Source: Octopus sinensis
Taxonomy: Eukaryota
Assembly (NCBI RefSeq): GCF_006345805.1
Contig: NW_021832223.1
Coordinates: 124,001-188,000, forward strand
Direction of reading: 5' to 3'
DNA length: 64,000 nucleotides
Shown: positions 51,301-64,000 of the stretch, piece by piece
How the letters are laid out: each line of letters begins with the position of its first letter
Position numbering within the stretch: the stretch's first letter is position 1
Notes under the pieces: model-generated
Told to the model about the DNA's origin: nothing
The model's input: the letters and a program-made list of their open reading frames with translations, nothing else
Database searches by the model: none
Position numbers and translations under genes: made by a program

Positions 51301-53446
51301 TTAAAAATTCGATAGCACGACCTCTTAATCAGTTAATAATTTCTACAGTCGTGTCAAGTACATTTTTTAAAAATGGGGAAAGAGTTTTAATAAATAGCAT
51401 GAAGAAAAAAATCGTAATCCTCGGAATTTAATTCTTTAATAGCCCAGCAAAACCAGACTTATTATCAGCATTGCTGGAACACTGTTTGTACAAATAGACC
51501 AGACAATAGTCTGGATATGAATTGAATTTTGGTTTTTGCGTAGATATAATGGGTGTCGCAATTTTCGAATTGTTAGACATGGATTCATAGATATCGTCGG
51601 TCTAAACCTCAGCGTCCACGAATTTTGTACTTTTACTAAAGTTCCATCCTTTCCAGGTATTTTGTACTTTCACTTTTCTTGTTTCTGTGTTGATCTTTTT
51701 TTCTTGTATTTTCATTGCGGAAGACGTATCAAATTTCAGTTTAGTAGACTGATCTGTAGTTTTCCGAGCTCCTTGACAACAGGACATCCTCCGTAGTTGG
51801 CCAAAGAACGAAAACAAAAATAGACAATAATTTGGTAGATAGTTTCCAGTCAGGAGGCATTCCGAACGGGTATATGGGCCTTCACATGAGACACATCACT
51901 TTTTCTTCACAGAGCCGTGCGATATGCCCAAAACGCTGGCAGCGGAAATATTGCGTGTCTGGTTGCTTGTACCAATTACAGAAAATTTCGCGGAACCCAA
52001 TTTTCAACCCCATTCAACCCCATTGTCATAAAAAAATCTTTGACAATGTTTAGAAAATCTATTCTTTTTGTAGTCATTTTTAATTCTTCACAAAACAAAA
52101 CCTCCCTATTGCAATAAGTTGAATACATATGTGAATGTTAAAAAAAGATGAAATGAGTAAAAATTTACTGTGAAAATTCAATTCCAGTCGTGTCAGTGTT
52201 AAAAAAAGATGAAATAATACGATTCAATTAGGAGACGAAGTTTTTTAGTTTTTTTGTCAATTTTGTCAATTTGTCCATTTTTATCAAATTTCGCCTTAAA
52301 TTTCCTCGTACGATTTCTCAGTGCCGTCTCAGCAAACCTTTCTAACTCTGATTGAAATATATTTCCATAATTGTCTGAGAGATACATTAAAGTCAATATT
52401 GTTCAACAGTTCGAGTATTTTTTTACATACTTTATACGGGTATGGTCTGAAACATATAGAGTTTCCACTGCCAAGTTTCTGCCTTGTGTACAAGCTGCAA
52501 GTACTCCAGATTTTCCAAAGCGTCGCTTCAGAATGACACGTGCTATCAGTAATCGGTGATCACTTAAGAAATCATGCTACTGAACGTACGGGAGTCGGTT
52601 GGGTTTAATATATGGACAAGATTTCAATGAAAATCTCTCCTCTGTCCTGTTCACGTTATAACATGTCGAGCTGTGTGTCGAAATGCCGTGTTTTAGAGGA
52701 ACATTCCGAAAGACTCAAAAAATGTGTGAGTGATTCCCCGGATAGATTTCCGATCCCTCGAGCGTAGCTGCCAAGACAAATCGATGCGCCAAACATTTTC
52801 TCACTTTGATATTCTAATCCCCTCTCATAAAAACCATGTAGGAGCTGGGCAGTGATAAGTAAGTTGATTATAAGACGAGTAGAAATCGAAAGTTCCTCTG
52901 CGTTGACAAATACTCTAATTGTGATTAGTGCATATTTATTGGTAATCGATAGGGATGTATTGGAAATTGATCGAGGGTATAATTTTATATAGCATTAGGG
53001 GTTTTAGAATTTCTGATAGGCAACAACTTTTTATAATCGAACCTGTCATATTTGAACAAAATTAAAAAATCACATATTTCTTAATGGAAAAATGACGTCT
53101 TTATCAAAATTCATATTAAATTATTAGTGTCTCACTTTCTCTTGTCTTTGAGAGTTCGTAAGATCACAAATAAAACAAGTTTTAGAATACAATTACTAGC
53201 AATTACTTACTTCTTGATAATTAGTTAGAAATAATGTCCTGTCATAAAAAAATTACTAGCAGTTCAATGAGTAATCCCCGACTGAGGGGTAAAGAGGTGG
53301 TTGATACCCAAAAATGCAGTTACAAATATTTTTCTCATACATTAATACATTTTATTCTAAGATTAAGTTATAACAGATAATTGTCCCATGATAATAACTC
53401 AGAATTCCCAAATAAAGATAAGTATTGATTAATAATGTTAGGAAAT

Positions 53447-54459
53447 CTATTTAGCTAACATTTTGGAAAACTCCAATGGAATAGGGAATATTATAGTCGA
53501 GTTTCTTTCTGCCGCAATGGAGGTCAGAGTCTGAAGATATCTCAGCTGCATAGCCATCGGAGACCCTGAGATTATATTCGAAGCTTCCCGGAGAGCGTCT
53601 GCCGAGTCCCTCTCTCCGTTTGCAGCAATAATCTTAAAATTACCAATAATTAATTATTACCTTGGCACTTGCTTCCCGATTTGCCTCAGCTTCGGCTGCC
53701 ATAGCCCGTTGCATGTCTCTCGGAATCCTCACATCTTTACTAAAGTTTGAATTCAGAAAAAAAAACATTTCCATGGCTTCGACTTTGATTCCCCACCCAT
53801 CGGTGACTTTGTCGAGTTGTTCCTATTATGAGATGTGGTTACTGACTGAAATTGATGCACTGATCGTTTCCTTCTCCTTCAAAATGTCCCCGAGTGTGTA
53901 CATCCCCAAAATATTTCGGAGGATTGCACTTGCTAACAGCTGAGTTGATTTTTTGCAGTTTTCAATCATTATGGACAATATGGGATCAAATATTCGGTAG
54001 AACACCACAGCATCAACAGTCACCGTCACCGAGTCCTTAGTCAGAACCTTTATATTGAGGTTTTTTGGAAAATCACTTCTTGAGGCGGGACATCGAAGGT
54101 GATCGTCCTCATGTCCACAGTCTGTGTCGTGTCAGTACAGGGGATTATGCAAAAAAGGCCTAAACTCAAAAATTATTTTTACCAGGCCCACTCGGACCAC
54201 CTCCAGACACTCGGCCAAGTCGGAAAATAATGACTCGTTGATATTGCATTACAACCTGGATTAGATAAGAAAAAATCAACCTTGACTACAAATATGATGG
54301 AGATTGGGAAAGTCATAATGATGATGATAATTGATAACAGTCGGATAAAGAATCCGCACACCGATTCTGTCAGTGTGCTCTTACTTCCACTTACGACTAG
54401 TTCTTGGGTGTTAAATAACAAGAACTTGGTTTAGTGTCGAATTTGTTTGCACTTTCCAT
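53447..54459 (-). CDS. STOM: Stomatin (SPFH/band 7) family protein, intact
   Basis: [24 protein letters not shown]|[48 protein letters not shown]; seven CDS introns of 23-29 nt plus a probable 23-nt 5'UTR intron. Confidence 0.92.
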
Positions 54460-54714
54460 CTAAACAAATCGTTTATACTTACCTTATATATGTTGTCAAA
54501 GAGATATATAGTAATCAATATTATTTATTATATTTATAAGTACAAACTCAATTTACTTATTTTGTTTAAAAATATACCTCGTCGAGTGAAGGATGAATGC
54601 GAATGGATTCGATAGGCATGTCTAAAATTACGGTGAAAGTAAATATTATTTTGAAAAGTGACGGTAGCTATGCATATTTATGTCAATATTATTGATCTTT
54701 CTGTGAAAAAAATA

Positions 54715-55910
54715 AGTTATATAGCAGCGGCAAAGACGTCCTGTGCGTTACCACGAACGATGGCCAGGCCGATGCGATGGCAGAGTGAGAGACTGATGCT
54801 GCACAGAGTCGATTCATTTGCTTCGGCAAATGAGGTGGGACACAGCAAACCATTGCTTACATACGGGTTCGAGGGATGGTACCCTACTGCTAAGAGGAAT
54901 GGCATTATCTCTAAGTTCGAAAAGACGTGACGATATGCCATCAAATTGGCAAATGGACTCCAGCTGGACCAATCCATCCCTCAAAAGTTGGAAGACGCGA
55001 CGGAAACGATTGGAAGTGTTCTTGAGAGAGCCTTTTCCTCCCGAATCTGGAATTAAACATAAAAAAGAGGGAAAAAACCCAGAAGAAGTATACTTTCTTT
55101 CATTAACTTTCTTTCTCTTTTTCGGCTTTTCCGTTTAAATAAATAAATTCATTCAATAATGATCTCTGACTAAGAGGCCGAGGGCAGCCAAGGCTTGGAC
55201 TTATACACTAGTCTACAAACTGGCGATCTCATTCCCATATACGAGACAGCCCTCCGAACCGCATGCAAGCGAAATGAACTATTTCTGGGGGTCCAAAATG
55301 GGTTGAAAGCGTTGGTGATATCCAGCTTCATCCCGATGAAATCAGTAGTGGTAATTTTTTCCATTGAGAAGCAACCCCTCGTGGCGTGTTTACAGCCGCC
55401 ACCGACTTGGATGGGTGAAAGCTCGGTCCCGATTCTCATCGCAACCCTTCCGGTACCGATTTGGTCGCTGAGCCTTCTAAAGTAGTTCCCAATCGCAATT
55501 TGGGGGACGCATCCGTACGGTTTTTGGAAAAGCGTGTAGGTGGGCAGCGAAAAGAAGATTCCTTTCAAAGAAAGGGAGCTTTCCAACCAGTTTAGTAATT
55601 GAACTCTAGAGACGCAAACCTGATTTCCCGGAGTTCATCTCCTTAATATGCTTTGGCCAAATTCCCCAACTGCTACTTGCTTCGAAAAATCTGATTCCCG
55701 ACAGGATTTCTTCCTCGGTGATGGCCATCGGTGTGGAGTATGAGGGCAGGCGGATGCTTTGACCTTAGCAAAGTTCAAGTCCTGGGAGCACACTTGGCAA
55801 CAGAGTAGCCAAAGAATCAAACACGCACGGCAGCTCTCATATCTCCTTCGAGGAGCTTCAGATTCACTTGCTTGATTATCCTGGCGTCTTGTCCAATGCC
55901 ATTTTTGCAA
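54715..55910 (-). mobile_element. Degenerate CRE-like non-LTR remnant
   Basis: MKLDITNAFN, LSPIQVG..CKHA, RIGLAIVRGNAQ. Confidence 0.6.
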
Positions 55911-56229
55911 GAGTCAGCCTTTCTCTGGAACAGCTCAGGTTTCTTTATAGTTCGATTTTCTTCGGAAAAATGAAAAACTATTAATTATTTATTTACAATT
56001 AACCTTGATTTTTTAAGTTAAATAGTATTTATTCTATATAGTTTTCAAATATCTTTATATATAACACTACTTATTGCATAGAGTCAGGGAACGTAAGCTT
56101 GGCGCTCGTCCCGTAGCCACTACCAACCAAACCGTTGACAGGTTGGTTGGCAAGGGGGAAAAATTGGTTCTGTTTGTTGCTGATGTGAAATCAGCATCCA
56201 ATCGTCTCCACGAGAAGGTGAACCACATG

Positions 56230-57716
56230 ACGATTCTGAGTCCTCCCACTTGCTGAATCTCAACATGGCTTTCGTTCTTTGCATTCCACTTCCACCCATC
56301 TTTCAAAACTGACACAATTCATTGCGGATGGGTTTAACAATCATAAGCCACCTCAAAGAACAATTATTGCATCCATCGACATTGAAAAGGCATTTGACAG
56401 AACGTCAAGACACGTTCTGTGTAGGAAAATAACCGATACGGAATTCCCCCACCAAATAAAGTCATGGCTACTCTCTTTTCTCTCTGGGCGTCTTGGTCGC
56501 ACCACAATCATGTCTTCTTACTCACGCTACAAATACTTGCCTAACGGAGTTCCCCAAGGCTCGGTCCTTTCACTGCCTTATTTAACTTACATCTGTCAAA
56601 TATCCCGACGAACAATAATACTCTACTTCTCTCCTACGCTGATGACTTAATTTTTGCCTCCCGCCACCAAAACATAATCACCGCTTCTGGATTTCTGCAG
56701 GAACACATGAACACTCTTTCGTCCTGGCTGAAATGCAATCTTCTTCAACCTTCTCCTTCCAAATCATCTGTTACGCTATTCACAACTGACCGCCGTCAGT
56801 TCACTTAAAGCCTAAACTATTCCTAGACAACACTCCACTCCCAGTTGAAAAATCCCCCAAAATCTTGGGTCTGATATTTGATTGCTGTTTGTCCTTCTCG
56901 AAACATGTTTCATATATCTGTGGAAAATCCCAGAAAAAACTCAATGTGCTCCGAGCTATTGCGGGGACTTCATTTGGGCAGGATAAGGAAAGTCTAACAA
57001 CTGTATACAAGCAGTTTATTAGAACAACTATGAACTACGCCATCCCTGCTTGGGGTTCCTGCTTATCTAATACAAACCTTGAAAAACTTCAGAGAACTCA
57101 AAACTCAGCATTACGAATTATTACCGGCTGTCTAAAAACGACACCTACCGACCACCTACATTGGGAATCGAAAATCCTTCCAATCAGTGACCATTTTGAA
57201 ATGCTCGGGCTGCAATTTCTTGACAAATGCCGAACCCTAAATCACCCTGGCTACTTCCTCTGGCACTCCACTAACAACAGGAGAATAGTTCCGACCTCGC
57301 GGACAAAGTCCGCAAGCTTATACGATCCCCTCCGGACATTAACCAGAAGGGGATTCACGACCTGGTGGCTACGAGGGCAATCAGATGTCTTGGAATAAAC
57401 AAGCTTCTGGGACGCCTTCCGCCGCCAATTAATAAGATCGAATCCTCCCTCTCAAGAGAAGCCCGAGTGAACTTGGCTCGTCTCCGCTGTGGCCACCATA
57501 CTGGCCTACACGATTATCGCATAAAATCGGTCTTGGTGAAATAACCCCTTCCTATTCCTCAACGACCTTTTCTCCTGTCCAGGCCCGCCTTCTACTTCCT
57601 CGGAACACCGGATCACGATCGGGGATCTTTGGGAGCGTCCGACATTGGCCCTAACGTTCTTGTTAGCCACCGGCTTCCTTCAATTGAAGGGGCCGGGGGT
57701 AAATAAATAAATAAAT
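56230..57716 (+). mobile_element. 5'-truncated LINE (RT plus C-terminus), (TAAA)n tail
   Basis: IDIEKAFD, GVPQGSVLS, YADD, PKILGLIFD, LQRTQNSALRIITG. Confidence 0.85.
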
Positions 57717-57799
57717 ACTTATTGCATTCAATTCAATAAAAGACAAAAAATATTTCAAGTAATTAATTTGTGGAGAATACATATTTAAATATCAATCAT

Positions 57800-60700
57800 T
57801 TATGACGATTCTGAGTCACCCACGTCTCTCACATCAGAAGCATTCGAAGAATCGGATGCTAAAACCATGCCACCTTTAAACTAAAATAAAACAGGATACC
57901 GTCTTGCGAAGATTCACTCTCAAATATCAAAGCATTAGAAAAATGTTCTTCAAAAGACGATTCTCTGGGTGGACAAACATCTGAAATAGAAATGACTGAA
58001 AAATCAAATAAAACGGGATTACCTTCTTGTTCGCACTCAGAATTAGGAATAGAAGGACAATCAACTGCCAATTGATCAAGGTGGTCTATCGTGAGTTGCC
58101 TCTTCATTCACGAAGGTCTCGCTGGATCCAGAAAATGTTAATTCATGATTTGAAACACCATAACAATCTAAAACTGACATTTTACGAATTTTACCAGGAA
58201 AACCAATTAAACCAGTGGTTCTCAAACTGGGGTACGCGTACCCCTAGGGGTACGCGAAATTCTGTAGGGGGTACGCGAAAATTTTTTGAAAATCTATTTA
58301 ATTTTCGTTTCAACATAAAAAAGTTATTAATTCTAATTATAATAAAAATCATAATTCTGTAGGGGGTACGCGAAAATTTTTTGAAAATCTATTTAATTTT
58401 CGTTTCAACATAAAAAAGTTATTAATTCTAATTATAATAAAAATCATAATTAAATTAAATAATTAATAATAAAATAAATCTCCACGCTACTAGTTTTTCT
58501 TATGAGTTTACCTGTTAACAAGATTCGAAAATACAACGATAGTTATCTCAACTATGGATTTTATTTTGTGATTAAAAACGGTGTGCCACATCCGCAGTGT
58601 ATTATTTGCCAAAAGATTCTTTGCCCTGAATCCATGAAACCTTCATTACTTTCTCGGCATCAAGTTTCTAATCATTTCGAAACTATCGGAAAACCAAATG
58701 ACTTTTTTAAGAACAAAAAGATAATATTCGGAAAATAGACGATTCTTTCAATTTTGACATTAATTTTTTACTATCAAAACTCTCTTACATGATTTCATAT
58801 CGGATCGCAAAAGCCAAAAAACCACATACAATTGCCGAGAATCTTATTATACCGTGCATTAAGGACATGTTTGAATGTTTCCCTGGCAATAAATTGGAGC
58901 ATATTGTTCGAAAAATTCCATGTTCAAATGATACCGTCAATAGAAGAATACGAGATCTATCCGAAACATAAAAGAACAAGTTATTTTCTGGTTAATTATT
59001 ATCAGGTCATTACTGAATAAAAAAGTGCTGCCTTTAAAAAATTTTCAATTCAATTGGATGAATCAACAGATGTAGCAAATTGCTCTCAGTTACTCGTTTA
59101 TGTGCGATATATTTATATGGAAAATATTAAGGAAGAATTTTTGTTCAACTATTCCTTACCTTTAAACACAAAAGGTTCTGATATTTTCGATGCAGTTAAT
59201 GTTTTTTTTGAAACAGAAGGTACATTTTTGATTTTTTTACTTATGATAGGCCTATTGTGGCAAAATCTTAGTGCATGCACCACAGATGGAGCACCAGCTA
59301 TGCTTGGATGTAACTCTGGTTTCCGAGGTAGAGTACAATCTGTCAATCCAAATGTAAAACATCTTCACTGTATGTTGCATCGTTATGTTCTTGCTGTGAA
59401 GACAATGCCTCTTGAACTTAAAAATGTTCTTGACGATGTTATTAAAATTGTCAATCATATCAAAAAAAGTCCTTTAAATTCGCGAATTTTTTATTCAATT
59501 TGTGAAGAATTTGGTTCAGATGAGAAGGTTTTACTATATCACACAGAAGTTCGATGGTTATCCAAAGGAAATGTTCTTTCCAGAGTGCACAGTTTGAAGA
59601 ATGAAATTTATGAATATTTTCTTCGCGAAAATAAAAATTTATATTTATCAAAGTTATCAAATATGTATTGGGGTGTAATGCTATCTTATTTAACGGACAT
59701 TTTTTCGCGAATTAATGCTTTGAATTTATCGGTACAAACTAAGGGAGTTACCATTGTTGACTTTTTAGAAAAAAAAAGGTTTTTTACGAAATAATGCAAT
59801 ATTGTAGGTCTTTTCGTATGAAGCTCCAACTGTGGATAGATAATACAACAAATTCTAATTTTACTATTTTGATAAGTTGAATGAAAACATTTTCCATCTA
59901 AAATTAAATGAAATAGAAAATTTAAAACATCAAATAACTTCCCATTTACTTGGATTGAAGAATGAAATTGAAAAATATATACCTGAAATTAATGAAGTAG
60001 ATCTTAAGTTTTTTGTCAATCCTTTTTCCGTAAAAGTTAATGTTTTGCCTTCAAATATTCAAGAAGAAGTTATTGAATTAATAAATTCTTACGAGTCAAA
60101 AATCTTATTTGAATCTGCACCATTAATTGAATTTTGGTGTAAAATGACATCAAAATATCACAATATTGGATTTTATATAATCGATTTTTTGCTTTTGTTT
60201 CCGACTACATATCTCTGCGAACAAGGATTTTCATCGTTGTTTAATTTAAAATCAGTTCATCGTGCGAGGCTGAATGTTGTTCATGATATTCGGGGTGTCT
60301 TTCGTCAAAGGATCCAGAAATCGATAGATTAGTGATTGATAAACAACACCATCCATCTCATTAATTAAATATTTTTTTTCCTTAATTTTTTAAAAATCGA
60401 TAAGGGGTACGCGAAAATTATTTAGATGGCAAGGGGTACGCAAGAAAAAAAGTTTGAGAACCACTGAATTAAACTCTTCAGACAGTCCGCAAACTCTGAT
60501 GGAATAGAGGCTCGTTCAAGAGTTCAAGATACGAAAAGTGTCGGTTAAGTGATGTATTTTCTATATCCCTAGGGACAGTTACTCATCGGTTTATAGTGTC
60601 TGAATATTTGCCGACGATAAATAAACTCCTCGACGGTCCCACAACTAATTAGCCTATAAACCACCACTGGGCGGGTTTGACCGACTCTATGAGCCCTTCC

Positions 60701-62194
60701 AATGGCTTAACTATCACTAACAGGATTCCAACTCGGATCGTCTTAAAATTAAACCCAAAATTGTTGTACATATCAAAACTCTGTCCGCAAAGGTCAAAGT
60801 GAGTCCAACTCCTCCAACCATCGTCGTCAAAAGCAAACAATTTGGGGATTTTACTGGGTTTTGAAAGGCTTCCACAATTTCTCCTCTCCTTTCCATTTGG
60901 ACATTTCCGTCCATTCGAAGTAATCGGTGACCCTGAAATGTTTTAGAAAACTCCAACTTGGCTAAGAAGAATCTTCTCAAGAATGTCAAGAACCTTCAGA
61001 GATCGAGAGAAAACGAGTGTCCGATGTCCATCTTTGCCATGTTGAGCAATCGGACAAACCAAAAATATACAGCAATTCCACATCAGAATCCCCATTGGAC
61101 TCTTTAAGTAATGTTTCCACCACAGAAATATGAAGAAGGTCAGGATGGTCACAAAGTTTTTTTCAAATTGACAATCTCAATAAGTGGGGACCTCGTTGAA
61201 GTCATTGACTGGGATTACATCAAATAATACCTCTCTGACTTGTTTGGAGGACAATAATTGTTGATAGATTGATATTTGATGATCATTTAAAAAAGTCCAA
61301 CATACCAAATCCAGTTTTGGTGGGATTTCAGACAGACCAGTCGATTTAAGTTCAATTTGGTCTTTAGTTCTCCGAAGAATGAGAGGATCGACCATTTCTT
61401 TAAGTTTTCTAAGTCGAGTCTCCCCCAATCCTTGGACGACTGCACTCGTTCCTCTCTCATTTGCCTAAAATGGAAGAAAATAACACACTCTGCTGATTTT
61501 TGTAGCGAAAGTTTCCTTAAAGTGCTTCATCGTCCCCAATTGATGGGTTCCACTCGTCACAAAATCCACAAGTCCCCACAATTCCTAGAAATAGCCTTAA
61601 ATAAAGACCATAAGATTGTTCTGCAAGTGTCCCAGTGAGGGCTAATCGCCAATGACTCTTCAAAGAATTGAGGATTTTAGCCGAATTGGTTTGATTTCGG
61701 AGAACATGTGCCTCATCCACTACGATCAAGTCCTAAGATGAGAAAAACAGTACAAAGATGTATTTCTCAAGTTGTCTGCAGAGTTGAGGACCGTGGTGTA
61801 GGTCGTCAAAAGGACCCCCCGACGATTCAAAAAACGACGGAATATTCTAGCTTTTCTCTTCCGTAGAATTTATAATATGGAAACGCAGTTTTCCTGGAAA
61901 TAATGTTAAGAAATAACAGACCATTTAGAAATTTCATTTTCCCAATCTTGAGGAGATTGGTAGGAACAATTATTAAAATGAGAAGAGAAGTGTCTTCGTC
62001 ATATAGAGACTGGATGTATGCGATAGCTTGAAGAGTTTTTTCCAAGTCTGGACTAGTTAATATGCAAAATACCCCATCTCATCACCCAGGATTGCCCTTT
62101 TTGATTTTTGTAAGGTCTTTTGGATCCATAAAACACCGTCTCGTTAGTAATCAAATAGTTTTTTGATTATAGAATCACAACAACGCATCTCCAT
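57800..62194 (-). pseudogene. ERCC6L: ERCC6L/PICH-like SNF2 helicase, disrupted (stops, frameshifts, hAT insertion)
   Basis: KLFDY*RDG, GDEMG|[62 protein letters not shown]; probable continuation GVSNHEL beyond the hAT. Confidence 0.75.
58213..60466 (+). mobile_element. hAT (Buster/ZBED5-like) transposon, complete ends
   Basis: TIR cagtggttctcaaact; 8-bp TSD aattaaac; BED finger PQCIIC, QLDESTD, TDGAPAM, HCMLHR, TEVRWLS, FPTTYLCEQGFS; three micro-introns; several frameshifts. Confidence 0.95.
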
Positions 62195-62265
62195 ATTATA
62201 ATATGATCCCGCGTAGTTTAATTATTATATAATGTGATACAATAAAAGGTACATATGTAGTAGTT

Positions 62266-63066
62266 GGCGGCCACTTTTTAGCGAATTTTAAAAAACTATA
62301 TTTTTTTTAGTTAAAAAAAATATATAATTAAAAATAATACAATATAAAAATAATAAAATCCCACGCTACTTTAATTTAAATGAGAAGTGAGGTCAATCTA
62401 TTCAATCTACCCACAAATATGTCAGAAGCTATCAATTTCATGCAATCCAGAGGAATCATCCCAAAAAAAGTGTGTCGCAACGGACACCAAATGACTTTAA
62501 ACATTGGCAGCTCTCCGGCTTGGAATTGCTACAGAAGGGGCTGTCGAAGTAAATCGAGTCTAAAAACTGGTATTTATATCATTAAAACTCAACAGGAACG
62601 TGGTTCAGGAACCAAAGTACCATTCGAAGATATAATCCGGTTTGTCTACCTGTGGGCAAAAAATATATCTTCTATGGAGATATGCATGGAAAATCTTGGT
62701 TGGGCTTCACATACAACCGTGGACTGGTCAATGTACATGCGTGAAATTTGCATGCTATCATTGACATCTCGTCAGAGATCCAAAATAGGTGTGCGTAAAT
62801 TTATAATATAATAGGCGGTGAAGGAATGATTGTGGAAATTGACGAAAGTCATTTTTCAAAAAGGAAATACAACAGAGGCAGAATGTTGCCTGAGCAATGG
62901 GTTTTCGGCGGAATCTGCAGAGAAACGAACCAATAGAAAGAATTTGAAACAATCATGGAGTGCATTGCCTTACATTGTCCCCCAGAATCAAAACTAAAAT
63001 AAAAATAATAATTAATAATTTTGTATAAAAATAATTATTTTTTTATAGTAATATTATGTCACCGCC
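62266..63066 (+). mobile_element. Merlin remnant (second family)
   Basis: CRNGH..WNC..C, KIG|[24 protein letters not shown]; GGCGG termini, no clear TSD. Confidence 0.78.
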
Positions 63067-63129
63067 ACAACTGTTACTCCGCCAGATGTGTTACACCAAC
63101 ATCAAATTGTCAAGTTGGAAAAAACTTAA

Positions 63130-64000
63130 AACATGAATCCTTTGGTATATTTCTATGAAATCAAAGAAAACTTATAAATTTTTAAAAATATTGATGTTTT
63201 TTTAAATTACAAATACACGTTAAAAATGCGTTTAGTGCAAGTACAAAGGAAGACTTAGAATTACTTAAGGAACTTAAGAGCAATCCTGAGCTCGTATTCG
63301 TCAGCAGGACGCTTTCGCGGATGCAAGATCAAGACTACTGAATTAGCAAATAAATTTGATTTTTTGGATGGAGCTCATATATCACTAAAGATGGACTTAA
63401 ATTAAGATTTTTCTGCAGCGATGAAGCTGAACTTAAGATAAATATATTGAAGTTTGCATAATAAATGTTTTATTCAATTGGCTGAACATAATTTGAATCA
63501 TTTTGGTCGAGACCGGTTGTTTTCAAAATTGGCGCGCTTATACCACGGAATATCACGTGCAGAGATCAATCGTGTCATAAACGATGTATTCCTTGCCAGG
63601 TTTTAAGTTTTTTTTATTAATTTTTTAGTCAAAAAAATCATTGGCTACTAACCCCCCAGTTACGCCGATCATTGCAAGGCGGAGTCGCGATCGGTATATC
63701 GCCGATTTAGTGGACCTAAGGAGATATTCAGATATTAATGATTCTTATAACTGGGTACTTTTGGCTATATAAAGATTAGATTCTTGTAATTGTCGATTCT
63801 TTTTCGAATTCGCGATAGTTGAGTTATCTTTTACCAAAAGAGCTCATGAAATTGCTTCGTTATTTCAGAACATCTTTTATTATATTGGGCCACCATTGAT
63901 CTTGCATACAGACAATGGTAAAGAATTTTGCAATGACCATGTCGCCCGTTTATGTGAAAAGTACAAAATTAAACAGTCCGTGGACGACCAAGGCTCCTTG
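63130..64000 (+). mobile_element. Ginger/KRBA2-like integrase-type transposase; runs off the window
   Basis: H..LNHFGRDR..CIPCQ zinc motif, RYIADLVD, W|ILVIVDSFS, PLILHTDNGKEF; introns 63600-628 and 63755-779. Confidence 0.7.

Noticed and set aside
51400-53050. Possible spliced gene and Tc1/mariner scraps
   Set aside because: Could not build a consistent frame or recognise a family with confidence
58262-58453. ~96-bp tandem duplication in the hAT subterminus linked to the satellite
   Set aside because: No sequence similarity to the satellite unit; the length match is coincidental
60690-62160. TAA=Gln alternative genetic code suggested by two stops at conserved Gln in ERCC6L
   Set aside because: TAA cleanly terminates HP1, RPS3A and Snail, and the gene also has frameshifts; C-to-T decay suffices

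Overview
AT-rich, TE-dense eukaryotic DNA from a metazoan with miniature spliceosomal introns. About 30 host introns reconstructed by eye are all ~20-30 nt; this and a Snail gene suggest a reduced parasite such as a dicyemid or myxozoan (inference only). Host genes: Snail-family zinc finger, compact HP1, a 5'-headless RPS3A, a secreted double C-type-lectin-like protein, BTBD10/KCTD20, stomatin, an orphan coiled-coil gene, and decayed kinesin-14-like and ERCC6L-like genes. Mobile DNA: non-autonomous Helitrons carrying expandable ~96-bp tandem arrays, pogo/Tigger, Tc1, hAT, Merlin and Ginger-like DNA transposons, and RTE, CRE, R4/Dong and I/Jockey-group non-LTR elements. The most striking pattern is that transposases of four DNA-transposon groups contain host-type 23-30-nt GT-AG introns, whereas the retroelements show none. 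Family assignments come from motif recall, not database searches. Many frameshifts lie in homopolymers and could be sequencing errors.
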